64,000 nt of DNA, taken from assembly GCA_010093705.1 (NCBI GenBank), contig MU006091.1:620001-684000 (forward strand), given 5' to 3'. Below are positions 35,798 to 48,765 of this stretch, piece after piece. The DNA comes from Patellaria atrata CBS 101060 (lineage: Eukaryota). The notes under the pieces were generated by a model. That model saw only the letters and a list, made by a program, of their open reading frames with translations, did not search any database and had not been told where the DNA came from. The position numbers and the translations under genes were made by a program. How positions within the stretch are numbered: position 1 is the first letter of the stretch; each line of letters opens with the position of its first letter.

Positions 35798-37390
35798 TCA
35801 GTCAGTTCCCCTAGCTTTCGACTCCATCCATCTGCTTGCGCGATCACTCGGCATCTCTATAACCCTATGAAAGAGATCTGCGGCCCATATTGCTGTCGGA
35901 AATAAAATGCACCAGCCCACCATCCAGCCCACAGCAAAGCCAAAATCACTGTGATATCCGCCGGTCAAGTCCCAGATGGTCGGCATAATGCTATAGCCCA
36001 GAGAATGCAGAATGGGTCCGTGCACAATATAAAATGAAAATGAGATTTTGCCCATATATTGCGGAATCTTGCTAAGAAACGGTTTCCTAAGCGTTGTGGA
36101 GTGGTTGATCGCACACATGACCATGAAGCCGCCAACAGTATGCCAGAATCGGCGGGGAATGCGGTATCCCCACGGTGTCATAGCGATGAGGGTCCTGTAA
36201 CCGGGTGTTTTGTGAGGTTTCTCGTCCGGACAGGAGAGACAGTATAGCCCCATGATAAAAACAAGAAACCATCGCCACTTCGACGACCCAGCAATAGTAG
36301 GTTTTTCGGAGCTGCTTAGGGAACGAGTTGGGAGGCTAGGATCGTCTGATGTAGATGCGGAAGGTGAGGATATGCTAAGGAGCTGATCTACCTCTGCTGT
36401 GACAAAACCGGAAAGGAAGAGGACAAGTTCCCATCTATCCCAACGGATGCAGAATATAATCAAGGCGGAAACGATGCTAATGCGGTAAGCGGGTCGAGCC
36501 CTCGCGGTGGCAATGATGGCTAAGTAAAGAACCATACAGCTTCGGAACTCCAACGGAACAGTCCAAAGATGTGGATCGTAGACGTTGAAAGAAAGATCCC
36601 AATTCCACGGACTACACCAGGTGGAGACTGTAGCAAACCAGTCCGCAAACTGGCTTCCAAAGGTCTTCAAGATCGGGGGATGTTCCTCATTCATTCCCTT
36701 TATAGTCCTCCCATCATGCCTTACCTCCGTTGCATATGTAAAGCAGCCCAGCTGCACAGCGAGCATGACCAAAAAAGTGCTGCAGATGGTAGGGAGGTAG
36801 AGGCGGGGTCCCCGGCGGAAGAGGGAGGAGGAGCAGTTACTCAAAAGTTCGTCGTATCGTCGTTCGCGAATAAGTTTCAGCGGCTTGATCGAAAGAACAT
36901 AGCCCGAAATAACAAAGAAGACAGTAACCATTGCGCGACCGCTAGTTATGAGTCGTAGAAATGGTAGTTGGTGGATCCATGTGTAATCTCTTCCCTCAAT
37001 TTCAACGCCATAGCCGTAAAAGGGTATCTTAGAATAGGTAAACAAGAAATGAAAATTGAAAACGAATATACAAGCAATTCCTCTTAGGCCATCTAGAGCT
37101 GCTAATCCACGGGGTGGTCGTGCTGAGCCAGTGCTTCGATCAAAGTATCGGTCTCGCATGAAGCTGGGTAAAAGTGATAGCCACACCCCTCTCCAATCCA
37201 GTGGTCGTGCTATGGAAGAGGTTTTGTTCTGTAAAATAGCGATTGGGACATCATCGTCGCGCTGGATCTGGTTTCCAGTCAGGAGATGTAGCGACTGTTC
37301 CTCGGCAACATTAGAGGGTTGTTCGATCATCATCAGGACTCGCTGTATGAGAGATGAACATAGCAAACGAGCGGGAATCTGTTTAGACAT
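35798..37390 (-). CDS. Acyltransferase-3 (OafA-like) membrane O-acyltransferase; start uncertain (37390 or MM near 37333)
   Basis: LDGLRGIAC.FVFNFH, G.AMV.VFFVISGYVLS, RR.PRLYLP, HLWTVPLEFRSCM, YMGKISFSFYIVH, E.PS. Confidence 0.9.
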   Translation of the reverse strand: MSKQIPARLLCSSLIQRVLMMIEQPSNVAEEQSLHLLTGNQIQRDDDVPIAILQNKTSSIARPLDWRGVWLSLLPSFMRDRYFDRSTGSARPPRGLAALDGLRGIACIFVFNFHFLFTYSKIPFYGYGVEIEGRDYTWIHQLPFLRLITSGRAMVTVFFVISGYVLSIKPLKLIRERRYDELLSNCSSSLFRRGPRLYLPTICSTFLVMLAVQLGCFTYATEVRHDGRTIKGMNEEHPPILKTFGSQFADWFATVSTWCSPWNWDLSFNVYDPHLWTVPLEFRSCMVLYLAIIATARARPAYRISIVSALIIFCIRWDRWELVLFLSGFVTAEVDQLLSISSPSASTSDDPSLPTRSLSSSEKPTIAGSSKWRWFLVFIMGLYCLSCPDEKPHKTPGYRTLIAMTPWGYRIPRRFWHTVGGFMVMCAINHSTTLRKPFLSKIPQYMGKISFSFYIVHGPILHSLGYSIMPTIWDLTGGYHSDFGFAVGWMVGWCILFPTAIWAADLFHRVIEMPSDRASRWMESKARGTD

Positions 37391-38832
37391 TCAAAAGGGA
37401 AAATAGCAAAGAGAAGGTCCGCATAGTATTCACAGATTCAATACATCCAGGAGAAAGAAATGGAAAATAAGTAGGGGAGGGTTGGTAGTAATATTAAACC
37501 ATAGACCGGGTCGTCTGGTTTTGATAGAGGCGCGCACATGTGGATGGAGGGATTCCTGTATGGAGTCTCGGCGATTCTGCAAAATAAGGTTTTCCCTGAA
37601 TTTGCGAAACAATTCTGGTGCTGTAACAGTGGAGCGCTCTCCCGATATCGATAACGCTGAACAAATAGGATTTACCCCTATGAGCAACTATGTATTCTTC
37701 TTTTTCCAGCTTTAACTTGCTAAGGAAAATGATTCGCATCTTTTAACACTAGGCAAGAAGCGGTGGCCTTGGCCTCATTTGGGCAAGGAGACGGGCGGGA
37801 AGAATAGGGGCTGTCTATCAAAACCTCTACCTACTTCTGGACATTCTACCTCTCCAAAGAATTATTCGAACGTCACAAGAGGAGTAACTATTCAAAATGT
37901 ACAATCATGTTGTGCAACATTCGCTTGATACTCTATGTGACTCCGAGGACCCGGTCCTAAAACTGTACAAGCACGAGCAAACATTATAAACTTCAACAGT
38001 TTCGAGAAGGACCCGGAATAGATCAATAACGTAAGAAGAAGATATTTGATGAAATCTCGAAGGATTCATCGCATAGTTTATCCTATGCTTTGGAAAGACA
38101 AAACATCGCTTTGTTCGACGGAAAGTTAAAGAAAATCCTCAGACGAGAAGTGCAACACAAGTATTGAGCTGATATCTGGAGCGCGTACTAGTGGATGGGA
38201 GAATGCTTATACCATAACACGTAACGCTGCGTACATATTTAATCCATCAGTATATTATGGCGTAAATTGTCAAATGGAATTTTGGAAGTTGTTCCCTTGA
38301 TACATTGTAGCTGAACAACCATATTGGATTGAATGTGTGTCATACTCTTTTACATTTTTTCATGGTGAAATACAACTAGAATGTTTGACGGCCCCTCCGA
38401 GTTTATACAGAGCTTGTATGATAATCTCACTTGTCGGCGCAATCATTATTCAAGTACCGCACATGGGCGTTCCACGACGCTGTACAGTACAACCGAGAGC
38501 AAGATCAGAGCGCGCTGGTGTCAATCACATGCTGTTATGTGTACGACAAGCGTACAGGAATTCGTGAGTACAACTTTGATTCAGGGGAGATGTTTCTCTT
38601 TCCTCCTTTGTAGGATTTCCACACTAGTAGGTTGCTGTACGCTCGTTGCCCATATATATCGAAATATCCATGCATTGTACAGCCTCCTATCGATACAAGT
38701 GGACGGTAAACCGATAGTTGCGCTATGATAGGGTGCGGGTAGTAAGTTTGTTATCATTTATTTAATCGAGACGGGGGAAGTAAATGATATAAAGTTGATT
38801 GAATACTGATAATAGTTATGGTTAGACTTCAA

Positions 38833-40475
38833 TCACTTTTTACTGTTCCACTTCCGTCTCGCCTTTTCTTCGTCTTCTGCAGTCCACTCCCTTGGCAAGA
38901 CCGCGAAAACTAGATAAGACGTATGCGTCTTCAGCTCCGGTTCTGTCCTATGTACGAGTCGTCCCTCTTCCCACGCTTTGCTTACCTTCGCTCTCCCAGC
39001 GTTCATGGTCTCTTGGGCCTTCCCATTTTCATCCTTCAAATCCTCCTCTACCTCTACCTTACGCCCGTCTTTCCCCTTCGGGCCCCTTGGGCCTCTTCCC
39101 CCTTTCATCCTCTCTGCCACCCTCTCATCATGAAATTCCTTCCACCGCCCCTCCACCTCCTTCAACCGTGCTACTGCCTCTTCGACAGTGGCGGGACCTC
39201 CCTCGTCCCCTCCGATTCGCTCACGCCTCACTTCGATCTGTTTATGCTGGATTTCCACCATGTCGATGTCGCGCCAGCCTAGGGAGTGGAGCGCAGAAAC
39301 GGTGGCGGTGACTTGTTCGATGCATGGACTGAAGGTGCAAAGGTGGGTTGATGTTAGACGGTTCAGGGGAGATACGAAACGCGAGTCGGATGAGGTAGAG
39401 ATTGAAGTGGAGTTAGATGGGGTAGATGCGATGATAGTGATTGATCCGTCAACAGTCGGAGCAGAGGGGTTAGAAAGACGTGGGTTACGTGCCGCGCGGT
39501 CGTGTGCGCGAGCAGTACGGGTGAGGTGTTTGAGCGCAAGCCTGTAATTGAAATAACCTTATATTAGTGATATTGAATTGGGAAGCTGCGACTGGAGGGG
39601 ACTTACCATGGTGCGGGAAGGTCCAGGAATACAGCATTCGCATTCGGTGAAATGGGTGTTTTATCCCCGCCTTCCTCATTTGAAGGTTCGAGACTGAAGC
39701 CTCCGCTATACACGTCCCTATGCGTCACCGTCACAATCCCCTCGAGCCCATGCTCCGCAATCTCGCTGCTTAACTGTTTCGCTCTGTCACTGTGATACTC
39801 GAAACTGCATACTCTTCCGTATTTCCTCTTCCTCTTCTTTTTCTTCCTTTCCCCATCGTCCTCTGCTCCACCATTCTGCACCACTTCCACTGAGGCTGGA
39901 TACCCACTAAAAACGGCCCTTGCAGCGGCATGCGTGAAGCTCCCACTCCCCGCGCCTGCTTCGATAATAACATCTCCGGGTCGTACGCGCAACCGCTGCA
40001 GGATGTAGCTATAATCCGGTGTGTAGACGACCTGGGTCCTGTGCGGGAGAGCTAAAGTCCACAGTTCGGGCGTAGGCGGGAGGAGATGAGCGAATCCAGC
40101 TACAGTCTCATGTCCTGCATCGTCATCATCACCATAATTATCTCCTCGGTTATCTTCGCCGCCCGAATTTGGAGCATCTGCGTCACCTCGTTTGCGCTTT
40201 TTATTCTTGTTCTTGTTCGCGGTGGAACTCTTTGATGGCTTCTTAGAGATTGCAGTGGCGGAGATTTGGGTTCCCCAAGGCTGGTTGACAAGCGTAGAGT
40301 ACGGGTAGGAGCCGAACCGGGTATTTATCACTGGATCTACTGCTTCTGAGGTGGAGGAAGTATCGACGGAGGGGAGGAGGAGAGGTTGCAGGAGATCGCG
40401 GCGGAGGTAGAGAAGAGCGAGGCTATTGGGTGCAGAGTGAGTGCCTGGATCGAGGAAGGGGGAGGTTTTGAACAT
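38833..40475 (-). CDS. TRM61: tRNA m1A58 methyltransferase catalytic subunit, 2 exons
   Basis: PTPELWTLALPHRTQVVYTPD, EAGAGSGSFTH, FEYH, THRDV, FLDLPAPW (split by intron 39542-39606), CTFSPCIEQV, THTSYLVFA. Confidence 0.95.
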
Positions 40476-41650
40476 GAGTGCGGTTCCGATCTATCTGTAT
40501 ATGGGGTCAATTGGAGTCTTGATATTGGATCTTATGCCGCTGTTTGGTGGAGTAGCAAAATTTCCGTAAAGCTTTTAGCTAACCAATCAGAAATGAGAAA
40601 TATAATATTTCTATCTATCCAATCGGAGTTGACGAATATGAGACTTTATAAATCCAATTCAAGTAGTAGAAGTTCTTACAGGGTTAATATCGGCACGTGA
40701 TGATAAGAGCTCATACCTTTGCCCAAAGGCTCCTACCTTAGCAGTTAGCACTTCCGAGTTAGGAGATAAACCCCTTTTACTCGCAAATCTACCTTGGAAT
40801 TTACACCCGTCCCTTGATTACATCTGCTTCGACTATGTAGATTCACGCACAATCATACTACATTTGAATGTTGGATAAAGTCGAGTTCGAGCAGATGGAT
40901 CTCATTCACGGCGTGGTTGAATAAGGTAGGTGGTTGTCAACAGATTGTAATAGTCCCAGCCAGCTTCAGTCAACGGTTATACCATACTGTAGCCCTTCCT
41001 TTTAGCTTCTCGTACTCCACGTTGATCGGTGCAGGCATCAGGTTGGACCATGGTCAGGAGAATCGCGTGCCAGCGGTCCGTCCCTTCGCAGCGTCTATCT
41101 ATCATTCTATCTGTTTTCGACCATAAGGTACTAGGACAATTCCAGAGATGAACTACGCTCATTCTAGTAGGAAAAGGCTATTTTGCTCCTCTAATCCAAG
41201 CTTTCCTTACTTCCTCAAGGAACCGGTAGGACAAGCAAACTTTTCATTGTACTTGCTATTATGGATTACCATTCTATGACCGTTGTGCAACCTCAATAGT
41301 CTCTATCGTGCTTTATATCCGTATACTAGAACATGAACGCCACCCTGTTACCAGATATGAAAAACCTCTACCTACACATTAACCTCTTCTTTGTCTCTTG
41401 GCCATCTATTGTGGTTCTCATACATCATGGAGTTCTAAGTAGCCTATCGTGAGATACGAGACCCAGTATTACTCCCATAGGCGCATCGGAATGCAGCAAT
41501 TGATAGAATCAACTTCTTCCATGAAGGCTCTATAATCCTTTGTTTCTTTCTCTTCCTTTCAGTCCTCACCCCCAGTCTTGCACATTCATCGTATCATTTT
41601 CTCTTCCCTTATGTGTTTTACCAATCCAAACGTTGGTTGTTCTGGTTGAC

Positions 41651-43061
41651 ATGTCCGGGAAAAGCTCTGCTAGGGCATCAAACTTCGAGGATGAGTCTTC
41701 AACGAACATTGGATGGTCACAATGCTTCACACCTGCAATCATATGTACTTTGACTGCAATTCTCGTCCTTCAGCTGAGATGGTATTCACGCCTGGCTCTG
41801 GTGAGGATGGTTGGCTGGGAAGATGCTTTGATAACTTTTGCTATGGTTTGTTTTGTTGGGTACATAAGGTGTACAAACACTAATATACGACAGATTCTGT
41901 CCTTTATATATACAGTCCTTATAGGATGCCGTACGTTACTTCCAAATCGGTTTTATTCTTATATTGTAGAGAGGTGTCTTAGCTGACAGCGTAATAGAGG
42001 TAGGGATAGGGTTCGGAACAATAGACTGGATGAAGGATCCCCATAGGATACAGAAAATGACACAGGTTAGATTATATCCCCAACCAGTCTATTCGTCTCT
42101 CACAATATTCAGTACCTACTGGCTGGTAATACCCTGTACTCCATCCTCATCAATGTCACCAAAACCTCGATCATCGTGCAATACCTTCGAATCTTCTTTG
42201 GCAAGATATTCCGTATAATCTGCTATACCATCCTCATTATTCTCCTAGCAGCAATGTTATATGGCGTATTCGGGGCCATATTCCTCTGTAACCCCCCACG
42301 TAAGTATTGGATAAATGATCTTCCAGGTCACTGCTCGGACGCGAAAACATACTGGGTCGCATCCGCTTCCATCAACATCATAATGGACTTCGTCATATGG
42401 ATCCTTCCCATGCCGCTCATAAGCCAACTCCACCTCCCACTACGACACAAAGTCGGCCTCATCCTCGTCTTCGCGCTTGGCGGCTTGTATGTCCCCCCTT
42501 CCCACTCCGAAATCCATATCTCTTTCCACTAACCGACTCATGAAAAGCGTCTGCATAGCGAGCATCGTCCGCGTCGCCGTCGTCGTTACCGCCTCCAACT
42601 CCAACAACTTCCTCCGCTCCGGCGTCGCCGCCATAACCTGGTCCGCCGTCGAAGCCAACGTCGGCATCGTCTGCGCCTCGCTCATGGCCATCAAGCCCCT
42701 CATCATGCGCTTCTTTCCCGGGCTCATGGGATCGCAAAGCCCCTCGAGACACAATCTGCGCGTTAATACGATCGTGGACGAGGAGGCGGATAGTTGGGGG
42801 GCCAGCACGAGAGTGGGGAGTGAAGCTTCGGGGAAGAGGGAGTCGCAGTTGGGGCTGAGCTTTGGAGAGATGGGGGAGGTGGTATCTCCGCCAAGGGAGG
42901 TGTCGATGATGGTGGCGAGACCGAAGTTGGTACATACGGTTACGAGGAGTAGTCGGGGGAGTGGAGGGAGTCAGGGGAGCGGGGGCAGTGGGGGCTTGGT
43001 AGGGGGGACACAGAGGGCCGGCAGTCGGACGCCGGAGCACTTGATTGGGATCGCGTTGTAG
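41651..43061 (+). CDS. PTH11-like fungal rhodopsin-domain integral membrane protein (no CFEM), 5 exons
   Basis: LR.YSR, G.ED, G.G, K.SI..QYLRIF, F.C.PP.K.W..G.C, NI..D..I..LP.P, K.GL..VF.LG, S.VR, WS.VEANVG.VCAS. Four GT-AG introns. Confidence 0.88.
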
Positions 43062-44057
43062 GATGTTGTTGTGAGTGTTAGGGCAAATGTATAATTGCAT
43101 TGTACAGCGTTCTTATACTATATATAGTCGCATAATATAATCTCTTTCATGCTCGCAATGGCATGCCAAGTTTTGCTTTAGAGCTCAACAGAAGTCTTCG
43201 ATTTTCAACTTTGGAGCGCCTGGTGTGACTATGAAGGCCTGCTCTAACGTCTAAGGTATAGATATCACTCTCATACATGACTAGTTATGCGAAGTCCGGC
43301 CATTTAGCAAAGCCGTTCCCTGTGTGATCTGCCGTCGTCTCACAGTCCACTGGTCGAATTCACTCTATACCTTTTGCATAGTCCGGCAGGTTCAGAGGTA
43401 ATACTTGTTATATGAAATTTTACTCTGAGGGTATGGCCCACTATGTAGGTGCTGTTCGCTGCTGGGGTACATCCATTGTTTGGATACGGTCTGATGGATT
43501 GATAAAGTGCTTTGCTTCAATACAGTATGCTTCCTCTGTACAGTACCCGACACTTCTCCCGTACGGTCAGTAACTCCCGTCGTATGTGGTCGGCTACTTC
43601 GGTACAGTCCGTTTCTTAGGTGCAACTCATTGTTTGAGTAAACTTCAGCCGTCTTATACGGCTGGGTGAGTGTGTACGGTCCGGTCAAAGATGGTCTAGG
43701 AGTGAAAGGAAAGTAAGGTAAGCTATGGCTGCTTGTGAATAGGTAAGAACCTCGTGGCCCGAGGAAATCTCGATGCAGTATGTGGCAGCTTAGTATTCCT
43801 CCTTGTGTTCCATGTTTTGCGTGCATTACGACCTGAAGCACTACGTGCAACCGCTGCGGTAGAGTCCAGATGTCTCTTTCCGAAGCTGTACGCTTGCGCC
43901 AGGAAGAGTCTCCTACTATGTTATATATATAGTGTGAATCTACCAAGGGTCAGAAGGTTGATCAGCCCTGAGTTGTGTATGGTAAGTGCAGTATAGGGCA
44001 TAGGACCAAGATATCTCCCTTCGGAAATCATTATTGAGGATGGAGAATAACGTCGGT

Positions 44058-44492
44058 CTATTCGGAGATGAACCCCATCGCCTTCTTCCACCAACTATGA
44101 ATCCCTAGGCTATCCATCTTCGCAGCAAATGACCTTACTGTTTCGATCTCATAGCAGCCCACCGTTCGTATAGAATCCTGAAGCTCTGCTGCTACTGTTC
44201 TCTCGACAGGTGCTGGACGAGCAACGAGCTGATAGTCCTTATATCTTAACCTCTACATATATTAGGTATGAAAGCGTAACTGTTAGATGATGGTACCTAC
44301 CTGTACAGTATTAACCCACTGGTCTACGCTTTCTTTCTCTCCTTCGCAGTACATGATGCCTGGACTTCCCCCACTTCGGAGAAGTACGAAGCAGTTATAG
44401 TTATCTGCAGCTTTTCTAAGTTTAGCTACCTTCTTACGTGACGTGATATGATGGGTTTTGATTAACGCGTTGAATGCTCTTAATGATGACAT
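44058..44492 (-). CDS. Small protein resembling the RWDD2 C-terminal (DUF1115-like) domain, 2 exons
   Basis: Intron 44253-44300 gives THHITSRKK..L..GGSPGIMYCEG...V..WV..VQ|RLRYKDYQL...WWKKAMGFISE*. Confidence 0.72.
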
Positions 44493-44858
44493 TTCTCGGC
44501 AACCACAAAACGTTTACACTTCATGGTGCTACATCAGTGATATGCACCGTGAGATTTCGAACATGAAAGAAAGATGAACTTTGATATTGAGAGAGTGAGA
44601 TTGAGGTTGGAGCAAATTCACATTCTAGATGGTTCTGCCTTCCCTCAGAGCCTTGGTCGAAGCTTGAAACAAGTGGACATCTCTACAGTACCTTACCTAC
44701 CTACACCTCAGTACCTTAAGGTAACTCTCTGTTCTCTTACTTTCAACATTGTCCTCCTTCACTAATAATCACTACTTTGAGCTTCAGCAACTACTATATC
44801 CCAAAAAACACCATAATACCGACTCTCTACCGCCTTAGCGCTAAGCTTATCTAGCCAA

Positions 44859-46119
44859 ATGGACCAAGCTGCGCGAGGCAGCGCAGCCTTGAGTGCGGGC
44901 TTCTACACCGAAGCTGTCAAACAGTATACCAGCGCGATCTCCCAATCCCCAAAGGCCGTGGACTACTATATCAAACGTAGCACAGCATACCAGCGGACCG
45001 GTGACCATCAATCCAGCTTGAAGGATGCAGAAATCGCAGTAGTACTCGCCATGCAACGTGGTAAACGGGAGCTCATTGTCCAAGCTCAAATACGTCGAGC
45101 GATTGCCCTCTATGGACTAGGGAAATATGCAGACTGTGTGCACTTAACAAATATTATCAAGGAGCGTGGCACTTCTGATAAGACCGTACACATCTGGTCC
45201 TTGAAGGCTGAACAGAAATTGTCGCCTCTACCATCAGGTGACCCGGCGTTCGAGGTTTCTATTTCGGAAATACCGGACGTAGAAGTACCCAGCGCAGAGT
45301 CCGTCAAGATTGCAACTCCATTAGATACTGACAAGGTTAATCAGGAACAAAGAGCACAGGGAGCTGTCAGCGTAGGAGCCCAAACACCGGCAGATAAGAT
45401 CAAGCATGACTGGTATCAAAATGCTGAGTATATCTACGTCTCTATAATGGCGAAGGGTGTACCCAAGGATGAGACAACCGTAGATATTCAGGACGAATCC
45501 GTGAGTACTCTGAGACAAGATAACGTCATAGTATGCTAACAACCCGTAGCTCAATGTGTCATTCCCTATTGCCAGTGGATCAAACTTCAACTTCTCTTTG
45601 GATCCTCTCTTTGCTACTATTGACGCTTCAAAGTCCTCTTTCAAGATTGTCTCTACGAAAATCGAAATCACACTGAAGAAAGTAACGCCAGCTAAATGGT
45701 CAAAACTTGAAAGTACGCAACACATTACAACCTCAGATCCAGGTCAGGGCCCTAGCGATCAGAGTATTCTAGCGCCGATCCAGAACCATCGGCAAGCCGC
45801 ACCCTCTTATCCGACCTCATCGCGAACAGGACCGAAGAATTGGGACAAGCTTGCAGATGATTTGACTAAAGGTCCTAAGAAGGAAACTGAGGACAGCAAG
45901 AATAGCATGGATGATTTTGATGATGAAGAAGGTGATCCGGTAAATGGCTTCTTTAAGAAGCTCTATGCAGGAGCTGACCCTGATACCCGTCGTGCAATGA
46001 TGAAGAGCTATCAAGAAAGCAATGGCACAGCTCTCAGCACGAACTGGGAGGAAGTCAAGAAAGCACCTGTGGAGACAACTCCGCCTGATGGTATGGAGGC
46101 CAAGCCATGGGGCACATAG
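44859..46119 (+). CDS. SGT1: Sgt1 Hsp90 co-chaperone (TPR-CS-SGS), 2 exons
   Basis: TPR-like N-terminus. CS domain KHDWYQ..KIEITLKK..W..LE. SGS domain YPTSS..KNWDKL, FFKKLYAGADPDTRRAMMKSYQESNGTALSTNW, PPDGME. Intron 45501-45549. Confidence 0.96.
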
Positions 46120-46643
46120 GGGTAATACCCCTCTCATATTCCTTGAAGCGGTGGAACTCGGTGTTTAAAAAGGGTATGTTTATCTGGGTGCATTAGCGAG
46201 CATTGGGCCGGAATTCTGAGGTTTTGAGTTTTGCGGATTCTACCATTAGGACTTTGCTGGATCGATGGTATATCATAAGGGTCTTGTTATATGAATAGTT
46301 CGGTTTCCATGGAACCAATGGGAGGGTAGAGTAAACAGCAGAGACTCCCCGGTGGCCGTCGGATCCGATCACCGACCACTCATTATTCAGCTATATGTCA
46401 TTACAAACCAACTTTAATGAATTTCGGTGTTCAAAAGTCGATTTTAGAAGCGAATATACTTATGACTTCTACGCATAAAGTAGTTTCTGAATAACAGGTG
46501 ACGCAAATTGTAAGATGCCTAGTTCTAGTTCGTTACCGATTCTTACGTCAACGAAGTCCCTAGTGGGTGAATGAAAGAGAGTTCAACACCATCAACACCA
46601 GTATAAAGCGACAGGATCCAGATGGATAGCTCGCTCAAGGCGT

Positions 46644-48391
46644 ATGCATACTACAACTACTTTGCGGGGTACAATAGCTCGCATCGCCCTACTCAATTCG
46701 AAAGCTTCCACCAATCATTATTTAGCAAAGCCACATATCAGAAGTAACATTTTTAGTACTCAGCTTCGAAGATACAGTATGGCTACACCGTCGAAAGTCG
46801 AGCTCTCTCCGTCAGACAAGCCTACGTTTACCGTGGATAGTCTTTCTCAGGATTCAGCGGAGTTGACCTCGAAGCTCCTTCAGGAGAATCATGATAAACA
46901 TCACATATTCTTTAATAAAGGCGGCTTTCACGTGCGTATCACGAAACCGTAAATATCAAGTTTAGCATATTAATAGGTGTATAGAACCATATTGTGCATC
47001 ATCTCTTGACGGTATATGCGCTGGGAGCTTCCCCTGAAGCCATACAACGCCATTACGACAACAACAAGTCTTATCAGCGCACTGATCTCAATTTCGAGGA
47101 GAAGGTCGTAGAGGATATGCACGATCCGGCGAAGTTCAAGAAGTATCTCGGGGATCAGAAGTACTACTATGACTTCCTCGTCTTCTTTCAGTATGAGATG
47201 GAAGCAAAGGGCTGGCAAAATGTGGTAAATGAGTACTTATTTGGAGGCGATGAGAGGGCAGAAGATTTACTTGTCCGTCTGTATGCAGGTAAGAAATTTC
47301 CGCACATATTCCCAGCATCCTGAATGCTTTTGGGAAACTGTACGTGTATGCTCTGGAGTAGGCAGAAAGAGACCAGAGCACGATATTTATACATTAAGCA
47401 GTTATCTGACATCGTTTAGGCTTCCTCCATCCTCTAATCCACCTCGGATTCGGAGTCGAATTCCAACAACCCGCAATCGTCGCCGAAGCACTCGCTCAAA
47501 CTGCTGTACACGACAGCTGGATTGCTCCTCTCTTCCATGACTCGGAGAGGAAAGCGAAAGAAAAGACTTCTGGGTCAAAGTCTCTTGTCGAACTGCTCGC
47601 TGATATCCAAGCCAATGAAAAGATCCGGTCCGCACCTAAATGGAGCGATGGAAACAAGATCCGTGACGGGATCCTAGCGCGAGCGGGCGACGAGATGACG
47701 GATATTACGAGCCAGTACCTCGTCAAACCTGACGATGACTTGGACGAGGCGACGGCGAAATTGATGAATTCTGTGTGTACGTCAACCCCTATCTGTCCCT
47801 CCTCTTCTCCCGGCTTTTATATGAGGGAAATGGATCAACAATCTTGTCCAAGAAAATAAATGCTCACTAACATCTCCAGCCTACTTCACCGGCTGCTCCC
47901 AACAACCGCCCCACGTCCCCAAACTCGACTTCTACTACATCCATTGCCTGAACTGCTCCGTCTTCCTACCTTCCCTGCTATCGCAACCCTGGCTCTCCCG
48001 CCAGAATTACGCCCGCCTCCTGACCTGGAAAGGCCGCCTCGACCTCGCCATGTACGCATCCAGAGGTAGTCCCAAGCTCCTGCTCGATGAAGTCACGCAG
48101 TATACTCCCAAAACACTATCTCAAGGCTCCGCGAACGACTGGAGTAAGATCTTCGAGGAGATCAACAAGGTCGAGGACGACGGGCATTCGTCTAAGGTGA
48201 TCCGTGCGTTGGCGAAAGCGAGGGAGGTGTCTGCGAAGTATGAGTCGCACGATGAGTTTGTGCTCAAGGGTGGTGATTGGGAGAGGTTGGCGAATTTGGC
48301 GGTCGATTCGGTGCAGGAGGGGGAGAATTGGGTGAGGAGTTGTGGGTTTGAGGAGGCGTGGAGGGAGGTGCCGGAGAGGTCGAGGTTGTGA
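46644..48391 (+). CDS. Questin oxidase-like / AflY-HypA family oxidoreductase (DUF4243), 4 exons; second in-frame ATG at 46779
   Basis: HHIFFNKGGFH|NHIVHHLLT.YALGA, Y.DFL.FF..E, G|FLHPLIHLGFGVEF, DFYYIHCLN, DDGH..K.IRAL, W.RSCGF.EAW. Introns 46932-46984, 47289-47419, 47777-47879. Confidence 0.88.
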
Positions 48392-48501
48392 AGTGTAAAT
48401 ATTATGCATATGTATGTCTAGAGAGTGATGCAATAACGTACCTGGTTTGCTATAAGGTTCCCTCCTGTGAGACATGTTTTCTTTTGCGTGAATGACGGTA
48501 T

Positions 48502-48765
48502 TGTACGAAATGAGTAGATTGCTCAGAATGACTGACTGTACGAAATGAATGGAATGTACGAAATGAATGGANNNNNNNNNNNNNNNNNNNNNNNNNNNNN
48601 NNNNNNNNNNNNNNNNNNNNNNNNNNNNNNNNNNNNNNNNNNNNNNNNNNNNNNNNNNNNNNNNNNNNNNNTACGAAATGAATGGAATGTACGAAATGAA
48701 TGGACTTTACGAAATGAATGGAATGTACGAAATGAATGGACTTTACGAAATGACCGGACTGTACA
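48502..48765 (+). repeat. 18-bp minisatellite TACGAAATGAATGGA(ATG/CTT), spanning an assembly gap (48572-48671)
   Basis: At least 7 visible units. After the gap the ATG and CTT variants alternate; both ends are degenerate. Confidence 0.92.

Noticed and set aside
37900..38350. Protein-like fragments upstream of the acyltransferase (RKKKIFDEISKD..)
   Set aside because: Short, mixed stop types and no family recognised; cannot be distinguished from chance.
43392..43946. 184-aa minus-strand ORF
   Set aside because: Non-ATG start, no recognisable motif, and rich in the intergenic GTAC/TACAG words; probably a chance ORF.
47289..47419. Nested intron or microexon in intron 2 of the questin oxidase-like gene (internal CAG near 47315, GTACGT at 47340)
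   Set aside because: The first sub-intron would be under 30 nt with no branch point, and simple splicing already restores YAGFLHP.
35798..48391. Secondary-metabolite cluster (acyltransferase, questin oxidase-like, PTH11-like)
   Set aside because: No PKS, NRPS or terpene synthase in the window, and the genes are interleaved with TRM61 and SGT1.
48502..48765. CRISPR-like array
   Set aside because: Units are head-to-tail with no unique spacers, the context is eukaryotic, and no cas genes are present.
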